The translations under genes were made by a program, and so were the position numbers. A DNA stretch of 25,532 bases. Source: Candidatus Nanopusillus sp. (GTDB lineage: Archaea > Nanobdellota > Nanobdellia > Nanobdellales > Nanobdellaceae). The stretch lies in the NCBI GenBank assembly GCA_028275775.1, contig JAPWTZ010000007.1, forward strand, positions 1-25,532, read 5' to 3'. Below, piece after piece: positions 8,342 through 14,770 of this stretch. A model generated the notes under the pieces. That model saw only the letters and a list, made by a program, of their open reading frames with translations, had not been told where the DNA came from and ran no database searches. The first letter of the stretch is position 1, and each line of letters begins with the position of its first letter.

Positions 8342-9091
8342 CTATAAATTGCTAACCTTATATTCATGTAAAATAGATTTTTTCATTAGATCTTTTATTT
8401 CTATAGCTTTTTCTAATGCTAAATTTAATGCATCATTTAATTCCTTACTTGAAATTTCTCCATCCAATTGTATTAAAGTAAATTTCTTCTCAGAAGGAAT
8501 TATTGCAACCGGTATATCTGTAGCTCTTCCTTCTCCATAATATTCTATATATTTAGATTTTTCAGGATCTTTCTTTAATTTTTCAGAATCATAATCTTCT
8601 TCTTCCTTATTTAAATCTGCAACAATTCTTTCTCCAATTTTTCCAACTGCTAAACCTACTACTAAATCTTTCATTGGAATACCTGCTAAGGATAATGCTA
8701 AAGATGCAGCATTTATACTTGCAGTCCTTGTTCCAGCATCTGCATTTAATATTTCAACATATACATCTATAATACTTCCAGGAATTTCTTCTAATAATAA
8801 TGCTGGTTCTAATGCTCTTTTAATTACTTCAGATAATTCAATTTCTCTTCTACTTGGTGTAGGCTTTTTCCTTTCAGGTGTAGAAAATGTTAACATATTG
8901 TATCTAACCCTTAAGAATGCTTTATCATAATCTAAAGACATTTTTGAAGGTTTTGGTCCATATACAGCAGCTAATGCAACAGTATCACCAAAAGAAAATA
9001 TTGCAGATCCTTTTGCATTATCTATTACATTTAACTTTATATTTATTTTCCTTAATTCATTATATTCTCTACCATCAAATCTTTTTACCAT
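8342..9091 (-). CDS. rrp41: Exosome complex exonuclease Rrp41 (RNase PH-like)
   Basis: RFDGREYNELRKINIKLNVIDNAKGSAIFSFGDTVALAAVYGP... and ...NADAGTRTASINAASLALSLAGIPMKDLV... are the RNase PH / Rrp41 signatures. Confidence 0.9.
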   Translation of the reverse strand: MVKRFDGREYNELRKINIKLNVIDNAKGSAIFSFGDTVALAAVYGPKPSKMSLDYDKAFLRVRYNMLTFSTPERKKPTPSRREIELSEVIKRALEPALLLEEIPGSIIDVYVEILNADAGTRTASINAASLALSLAGIPMKDLVVGLAVGKIGERIVADLNKEEEDYDSEKLKKDPEKSKYIEYYGEGRATDIPVAIIPSEKKFTLIQLDGEISSKELNDALNLALEKAIEIKDLMKKSILHEYKVSNL

Positions 9092-9093
9092 TT

Positions 9094-9693
9094 TTATTTA
9101 TTTTCCAAAATTTCTTTAACCTTTTCAGTTAACCCCCTTTTATAAGAATTATTTATAACAAATCTAATAATATCTACTGCCTTTAATATATCATTTACAT
9201 TACCATTTAAATATATTCTACCGTTCTTTCCAATTATTATATCAATTTTTAAATATTCTTTAATTAAATTTAACATTGAAGAATTCTTCCCAATTAATCT
9301 TGGAATTCTTGCAGGATCTACTTTTAATATTAATCCATCATTTAATTTTTCCTTTTTCTTAATTTCTAAATCTATTAATTTATTTTTTGTCATTCTTATA
9401 ATTTGACATAATATATAATCTCCATAAGTATATAAATCATTTGGATCTACTCCAGTATCTTTTAAAGATAATTTTCCTACATATGGAGAATTTATATCAA
9501 TTAGCCATCCATTTGATAATACATCAATTACTTTTCCAATTACAATATCATTTACTTCTGGCATGTAATATCCAAAAAGCCTTGTGGTTTTATCCTCATT
9601 TACTAATAATATATATTTTGAATAATAATTATTTTCCCTTTCATATGAATTAATATCTTTTTTCTTTAAGTTATCTCCAGGTATTAATATCAT
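9094..9693 (-). CDS. rrp4: Exosome RNA-binding subunit Rrp4 (S1 + KH)
   Basis: ILIPGD..., YMPEVNDIVIGKVIDVLSNGWLIDINSPYVGKL (S1), and ARIPRLIGKNSSMLNLIKE...IIIGKNGRIYL (KH, GxxG). It lies 2 nt upstream of rrp41, which is the canonical order. Confidence 0.88.
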   Translation of the reverse strand: MILIPGDNLKKKDINSYERENNYYSKYILLVNEDKTTRLFGYYMPEVNDIVIGKVIDVLSNGWLIDINSPYVGKLSLKDTGVDPNDLYTYGDYILCQIIRMTKNKLIDLEIKKKEKLNDGLILKVDPARIPRLIGKNSSMLNLIKEYLKIDIIIGKNGRIYLNGNVNDILKAVDIIRFVINNSYKRGLTEKVKEILENK

Positions 9694-9694
9694 C

Positions 9695-10801
9695 TTATAG
9701 ATAATATATTATATCATTTTTAAACATACTCTCAAGCATATACTTTTCTTCATTTTTATGTTTTATCTTTTCTGCCTCATTTTCTAATATTGAAAATATA
9801 TCCTTTATTGTTGAATATAGATCATATCCGTGATCATCAATTGAGAATTTACCATTATTATATATTAATTTTGCTCTAATTTGATAATATATTTTTCTAT
9901 TTTCTTTATCTTCATTTATCTTTTTAATATGTATTAATAATCTAATATTTTCCCCTAAAATATTTCTATATTTTTTATAAAATCTCTCATACATTTTCTT
10001 TATATAATTTATATCTATTTCATCTAAAGGTATTCCATGAACAATTAGATTATACTCTTTTTCCTTTTTATATTGTAAATAATTTATTAATATATCTTTA
10101 GCAGTTATTATACCAACCAAATTTCCATTATCTAATATTGGCAATGAAAATACTTTATTTTCTATCATTAAATTAATTATTTTCTCTATACTATCATCTT
10201 TATTTGCAAATATTAATTTATTACTCATTATTGATTTTATTTTTATATCAAAATCTTTTTCATTTGGAGTTCTTATATTATTACTATTATCAATTAACAT
10301 ATATTTTAGGATATCTGTTAATGAAATTATCCCAGATACTTTATTATTTTTATCTAATACTATTAATCTTGATATACCTTTATCTTTCATTATACCAATT
10401 GCTTTCTTAATATTTTCATCTTCATATATTGTATAAGCTTCATTTATTATTTCACTTAAGTTCATTTTTCCTAGAATATCTTTATCATTTAATATATCTT
10501 TTAATACATCATATATATTGACTATTTTTATTTGTCCATCTTCTCTTACAAAAGTTACTCTAGAATTAGAATTAATTAATTTTTCTACTATATCAATTAT
10601 ATTGTTTGTTTTTAATGGTTTTATTTTATTTACTATTTTTTCAATTTTCGTATCTGGTCTATATAAATATCTAATTGCTTTTGAATTCTCTAAAACTCCT
10701 ATAGGTTTTCCATTATTATCTGTTACAATTATATCTTCTCCCTTTTTTATATATTCTACAATATCTCCTATTTTTTTATCCTTAGATATGAATACTGCCA
10801 T
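9695..10801 (-). CDS. CBS-domain protein with a C-terminal HPF/RaiA (S30AE)-like domain
   Basis: Residues ~1-245 contain repeated CBS-type segments, e.g. GISRLIVLDKNNKVSGIISLTDILKY and VFSLPILDNGNLVGIITAKDILINYL. Residues ~250-350 read YNLIVHGIPLDEIDINYIKKMYERFYKKY...IRLLIHIKK...YYQIRAKLIYNNGKFSIDDHGYDLYSTIKDIFSILENEAEKIKHK. This follows the beta-alpha-beta-beta-beta-alpha pattern and the G-x-D-[ML]-Y-x-x-I-D...K-x-K-x-K signature of hibernation promoting factor. Confidence 0.8.
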   Translation of the reverse strand: MAVFISKDKKIGDIVEYIKKGEDIIVTDNNGKPIGVLENSKAIRYLYRPDTKIEKIVNKIKPLKTNNIIDIVEKLINSNSRVTFVREDGQIKIVNIYDVLKDILNDKDILGKMNLSEIINEAYTIYEDENIKKAIGIMKDKGISRLIVLDKNNKVSGIISLTDILKYMLIDNSNNIRTPNEKDFDIKIKSIMSNKLIFANKDDSIEKIINLMIENKVFSLPILDNGNLVGIITAKDILINYLQYKKEKEYNLIVHGIPLDEIDINYIKKMYERFYKKYRNILGENIRLLIHIKKINEDKENRKIYYQIRAKLIYNNGKFSIDDHGYDLYSTIKDIFSILENEAEKIKHKNEEKYMLESMFKNDIIYYL

Positions 10802-10838
10802 TAATCTATATAATAAAAAATTCTTAAATGATTATTTT

Positions 10839-11477
10839 CTATCTTCTTGTACGTTCTGGTAATTCATATAGTGCTTCTGCAGGTGCTAGAATAAGGTACT
10901 TTCTGCGTCTTCTTCTTGGATATTTTTCTTTATGTACTGCCCAATATATAGCTGCAGCTATAATTCCTATTAATATAATCAATGGGAGTAAACCAGTAGA
11001 TATTAATACAAATAGTATTTCTAATATTATATTTTGAGCAGTTGCTCCAAATCCACTAAAATCTACTGAAGATGCGTACAGAAATGCAAATAGAACTGTA
11101 AGGGTTATAAATCCAACAATAACATTATGAGAATATTGTTTATATCTTTCAAATTCTTCATCCCCTCTATAAGGTTCTGATATGCTTGCCATCATTGCAA
11201 TTATCATTAAAATAAAAAATATAACAAGTACTTCAAAGAAGAAGAATGATATGAAATTTGATGTAAATATAACATCAGATATGCTATATAAATAATAAAA
11301 TGCTATTACTATAGAAATTATTGCATATAATTTTTCTGCATTAGGATTGTTTCTTCCAAATAAACCAATTTTTCTAAGGGATCCATATAACAATGAAAAT
11401 ACTAATAAAAATGGTGCTACAATTGTAAATATACCATATTCTGAAAATAAAGCATAAATAAATGATGCATAATCCAT
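10839..11477 (-). CDS. Membrane protein, paralog 3 of a tandem family (GxFxxVxPFLLVF N-terminal motif)
   Basis: 212 aa with an N-terminus of FIYALFSEYGIFTIVAPFLLVFSLLYGSLRKIGLFG. It has 4-5 hydrophobic helices and a basic tail (RRRRRK). Its start lies 1 nt after the upstream stop. Confidence 0.8.
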   Translation of the reverse strand: MDYASFIYALFSEYGIFTIVAPFLLVFSLLYGSLRKIGLFGRNNPNAEKLYAIISIVIAFYYLYSISDVIFTSNFISFFFFEVLVIFFILMIIAMMASISEPYRGDEEFERYKQYSHNVIVGFITLTVLFAFLYASSVDFSGFGATAQNIILEILFVLISTGLLPLIILIGIIAAAIYWAVHKEKYPRRRRRKYLILAPAEALYELPERTRR

Positions 11478-11478
11478 T

Positions 11479-12084
11479 TTATCTAGATCTTAATATTATT
11501 GGGCCTCTAATTCTTTCTTCTTCTTCTTCCTTCTTCTCCCCGCCAACCACCAATGCTACTACTAAAAATATAAATGCAAATATAATTAACAATTGTAATG
11601 TGCCAGATTGAATAAGGTTATTAAGTGTATATGACAATAAACCTACGAATGGCGATGAAGAAGGTCCTGCTATGCTTAAAGAATTTACTGCTAGCCATAA
11701 TATTATTCCTACAACAATGAATGCAAAGAATGCTCTTAACCATGAAGGTATCTTTTTATTTGTAAGTGCTAATACAATAACTATTAAAGCAAATGCAATT
11801 ATAGCTAAGCCAGCCCTAGGAATAAATAATAATAACCATCTTATTAAATTTTGATTATATATTGATAAAAGAGCAAATGCAAGAGAAAATAATGCGCTTA
11901 ATTTTCTACCTACATCATCATCAGGACTTGTTTTTAATAAATTAGATAATTCTAGTAACATAAATGTTAAAGAAAATATTAATAAAAATGGTAAAACAAA
12001 ATCTAAAAATCCATATTGTGATAATAATTGATTAAAATTCACTGGATTAAAATTTATTTGTGGTATTTGACTTGTGGTTATCAT
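11479..12084 (-). CDS. Membrane protein, paralog 2 of the tandem family
   Basis: Motif FNQLLSQYGFLDFVLPFLLIFSL, with an acidic tail (KKEEEEE). I prefer the start at M18 of the track ORF. That ATG (12084-12082) forms an ATGA overlap with the upstream TGA (12083-12081). The alternative start at 12135 would overlap the upstream gene by 55 nt. Confidence 0.75.
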   Translation of the reverse strand: MITTSQIPQINFNPVNFNQLLSQYGFLDFVLPFLLIFSLTFMLLELSNLLKTSPDDDVGRKLSALFSLAFALLSIYNQNLIRWLLLFIPRAGLAIIAFALIVIVLALTNKKIPSWLRAFFAFIVVGIILWLAVNSLSIAGPSSSPFVGLLSYTLNNLIQSGTLQLLIIFAFIFLVVALVVGGEKKEEEEERIRGPIILRSR

Positions 12085-12656
12085 TTTGATTGTGAAGGTC
12101 CCGATCCTTGGCCTTTTGAAGGTTTTATAGCCCAATATGCTATTCCAAACATTATTGCTAGAATTATTATTGTTTCTATAAATGGTTGTAATGAAGAAAG
12201 TACTGGAGATGTTACTGCTGAAGCAACATAATTATATAAGCCAAGTATAAATATTACCATTAATGTAAAGATAATTATTGCAGCTGTTAATAATATTATT
12301 CTTGCTCTATTACCAAGTTGTATTTCTCCGCTCTTTTCTTCTCTCTGTAAAAATGGAGAAATTGCTAATATGAGGAAAAATACTGTTAATAAAAATAAAA
12401 CTATATATGGAATTAATGTTCTTAATGATAATACAACATTTGCAGATCCAACTATAAAAAATCCAGTAGCTGCAGATACAATTGATACTAAACTCCTTGT
12501 AACCTTTCCTTTATCTCCTTCAGCAAAAGGATCCCCCAAAATTTTATACTTACTTAATATACCATACATCACAGCATAAACTAATAGAAATGGTAATATA
12601 ACATTAAAGAATCCAAGGTTATTCAATAATGTTATAAGTATATCATAAAATGCCAT
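12081..12656 (-). CDS. Membrane protein, paralog 1 of the tandem family
   Basis: 191 aa with N-terminus MAFYDILITLLNNLGFFNVILPFLLVYAVMYGILSKYKILG. It has 4-5 hydrophobic helices and a Gly/Ser/Lys tail. Confidence 0.8.
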   Translation of the reverse strand: MAFYDILITLLNNLGFFNVILPFLLVYAVMYGILSKYKILGDPFAEGDKGKVTRSLVSIVSAATGFFIVGSANVVLSLRTLIPYIVLFLLTVFFLILAISPFLQREEKSGEIQLGNRARIILLTAAIIIFTLMVIFILGLYNYVASAVTSPVLSSLQPFIETIIILAIMFGIAYWAIKPSKGQGSGPSQSK

Positions 12657-12682
12657 ATTTAAAAATAATATTTCATAATTTA

Positions 12683-12895
12683 TTAATCTTTATCTAATAT
12701 TTCTTGATAATATATAGCATTTGTAGGGCATGCCTTTGCGGCAATTTTTATATCTTCTATATCTTCTTCAGAAGAAATTATATTATTTTTTATTACTATT
12801 CTATTATTTTCAATTGAAAAAATATTTTTATTTATCAAATAGCATGCCAAACAATTTATACATTTACTATAATCAATATCTACTATATATTTCAT
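12683..12895 (-). CDS. Small single-cluster [4Fe-4S]-type ferredoxin (paralog B)
   Basis: 70 aa with C-I-N-C-L-A-C (CxxCxxC) plus a distal A-C-P-T-N-A-I. That gives four Cys ligands for one cluster. Confidence 0.8.
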   Translation of the reverse strand: MKYIVDIDYSKCINCLACYLINKNIFSIENNRIVIKNNIISSEEDIEDIKIAAKACPTNAIYYQEILDKD

Positions 12896-12898
12896 TCA

Positions 12899-13108
12899 TT
12901 AATCTTTTATTTCTTCTACCTTAATTGAATGTGTTGGGCATGCAACTTCAGCATCTCTAGCTTTTTGTATTAAATTTGGATCTTCTATAATTTCAATTTT
13001 AGCTTTTGCTTTTCCATCAGAATCAAATTCATATATTTCTGGTGCAATTGCAATGCATGTTCCACAACCAATGCAGGTGTTTTTATCAACCCATGTTTTT
13101 ATTTTCAT
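12899..13108 (-). CDS. Small single-cluster [4Fe-4S]-type ferredoxin (paralog A)
   Basis: 69 aa with C-I-G-C-G-T-C-IAIAPE...FD.DGKA and a distal VACPTHSI. This matches the Thermotoga/Pyrococcus-type mono-cluster ferredoxin pattern. Confidence 0.85.
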   Translation of the reverse strand: MKIKTWVDKNTCIGCGTCIAIAPEIYEFDSDGKAKAKIEIIEDPNLIQKARDAEVACPTHSIKVEEIKD

Positions 13109-13159
13109 CTAAAATATATCAATGTTATATTTTATAAATATTAAAAACATAAATAGAGC

Positions 13160-13987
13160 GTGGAATTAAATGATATTTTTGTTAGAGTAACAGATATAAC
13201 AGATTATATTTTTTGTCCTAGAAAAGTTTATTTGAAAAGGGTTTTGGGATATTCTGAAGAAGATAATGAGCAAAAATTATTTGGATCTATTGTTCATTCT
13301 TTATTTGATAAGATAAATGAAAAAGAAAAGGAAATAATATTTAATATAAAAGAGTTTGTTGAATATGAAAAAATATTAAATTTATATAATAGTTTTTTAA
13401 TAAAATTATTAGAAGAATCTATAAAAGAATTTGAAGAACAAATAAAAAATTTAAATTTAGATAAAAATGATATAAAAATAAAGGCATATAGTTATGTAAT
13501 AAAAGATATAGAAGATAGGGCAAAAAATGTATTTAATTTTATGAAAGATAAAGATTTATATGGGATAGAATTATGGGAATTCTTAGAACCAAAAATAAAG
13601 ACAGAACTTGATGTTACATCTTTAAAATATAATATAGTTGGAAGGGTTGATAGAGTAGAAATATATAAAAAATATATAATACCATATGAAATAAAATCAG
13701 GATTTTTTAGGAGAGAACATATTACGCAACTATATTCATATTATTTATTATTGAAGGATGAATTTCCAAATTATGATATAAGAAAAGGTATATTATTATA
13801 TGCAAAGGATAATCATAAAATAGAAATAGAGTTTAGAAATAATAATGAAATAAAGAAAATACTTGATATAAAAGATAAAATAATTGATATGATTGATAAA
13901 AAAGAAGATCCTGGAAAGAAATTTTCAGAAAAATGCAAAAAATGCGCATTTTATAATATTTGTTGGAAAAATGGAAATAAAAATTGA
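13160..13987 (+). CDS. Cas4-like / RecB-family PD-(D/E)xK nuclease with a four-Cys Fe-S cluster; stand-alone, with no cas genes or array in the window
   Basis: N-terminal ITDYIFCPRKVYL (Cys 1). Nuclease motifs are GRVDRVE and PYEIKSG (D...ExK) plus QLYSYYLLL (QxxxY). The C-terminal CKKCAFYNIC supplies Cys 2-4. The apparent start codon is GTG, and no in-frame ATG lies upstream. Confidence 0.82.
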   Translation: MELNDIFVRVTDITDYIFCPRKVYLKRVLGYSEEDNEQKLFGSIVHSLFDKINEKEKEIIFNIKEFVEYEKILNLYNSFLIKLLEESIKEFEEQIKNLNLDKNDIKIKAYSYVIKDIEDRAKNVFNFMKDKDLYGIELWEFLEPKIKTELDVTSLKYNIVGRVDRVEIYKKYIIPYEIKSGFFRREHITQLYSYYLLLKDEFPNYDIRKGILLYAKDNHKIEIEFRNNNEIKKILDIKDKIIDMIDKKEDPGKKFSEKCKKCAFYNICWKNGNKN

Positions 13988-14735
13988 TACTAGAAAAAGT
14001 ATATATGAAAATATAAATGAAATATATGAAAAAATAAAAGAATTAAAAAATAAAAAACAAAAAATAGAAAAATTGATAAAGGAATTGGAAGAAAAGTTAA
14101 ATAATATTGAGGAAAAAATAATTATTGAAAAAAAGAAGGAAGAAATTAAAAGAAATAAAAAATGGTATGAGAAATTTAGATGGATGTTTACAACAAATAA
14201 TTTTCTATTAATTGCTGGAAAAGATTCTATTACAAATGAAATTATTATAAATAAATATTTAGAAAAAAATGATTTGGTATTTCATGCAGATATTATAGGA
14301 TCTCCTTTTGGTATATTAAAAAATGGAAGGAATGCAAGTGAAATAGATATATATGAAGCTGCAAAATTTGTTGGATCATATTCTAGAGCATGGAAAAATA
14401 AATTATCTTCTATAGATGTATATTATGTATATCCAGAACAAGTATCAAAAAAGGCACCTTCTGGAATGTATTTAAAAAAAGGGTCATTTATGATATATGG
14501 AGAAAAGAATTATATAAAAGTGAATTTAGAAATTGCATTGGCGTTTGAAGATTATAATATTATTCCAGGTGTACCTGAAAGTATAAAGGATAAATATAAA
14601 AGATATGTTATATTAATTCCTGGAAATAAAAAGCCAATTGATATTGCAAAACAATTAGAAAATATTTTTAAGGTTGATTATAATATCATATTAGGATATC
14701 TTCCTGGTGATAGTGATATACTATCTATCAAGTAA
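13971..14735 (+). CDS. NFACT-family protein, C-terminal half only (coiled coil + NFACT-R/DUF814 + C-terminal region); Rqc2/FbpA homolog fragment
   Basis: KKWYEKFRWMFTTNNFLLIAGKDSITNEIIINKYLEKNDLVFHADIIGSPFGILKNG...EAAKFVGSYSRAWK...DVYYVYPEQVSKKAPSGMYLKKGSFMIYGEKNY is the DUF814/NFACT-R signature. I chose the start at M27 of the track ORF (ATG 13971), which overlaps the Cas4-like gene by 17 nt. There is no NFACT-N or HhH region. Confidence 0.82.
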   Translation: MEIKIDTRKSIYENINEIYEKIKELKNKKQKIEKLIKELEEKLNNIEEKIIIEKKKEEIKRNKKWYEKFRWMFTTNNFLLIAGKDSITNEIIINKYLEKNDLVFHADIIGSPFGILKNGRNASEIDIYEAAKFVGSYSRAWKNKLSSIDVYYVYPEQVSKKAPSGMYLKKGSFMIYGEKNYIKVNLEIALAFEDYNIIPGVPESIKDKYKRYVILIPGNKKPIDIAKQLENIFKVDYNIILGYLPGDSDILSIK

Positions 14736-14740
14736 TAACT

Positions 14741-14748
14741 TTTATAAA
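14741..14748 (+). promoter_or_regulatory. TATA-box candidate (TTTATAAA), centred ~26 nt upstream of the ATG at 14771 (implies a leaderless mRNA)
   Basis: The sequence and spacing fit archaeal TATA placement (about -26/-27 from the transcription start). TATA-like strings are common in DNA this AT-rich. A similar TTTTATAT at 21111-21118 precedes the ATG at 21139. Confidence 0.3.
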
Positions 14749-14770
14749 TTTTTCTATCATAAATTAGATT

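Noticed and set aside
8349-12924. Short plus-strand ORFs (8349-8540, 8917-9132, 9441-9653, 10204-10410, 10518-10862, 10828-11037, 11672-11854, 12028-12231, 12370-12579, 12730-12924)
   Set aside because: All are antisense to well-supported minus-strand genes (rrp41, rrp4, CBS/HPF, membrane paralogs, ferredoxin). All have low-complexity Leu/Ile/Tyr/Phe translations without motifs.
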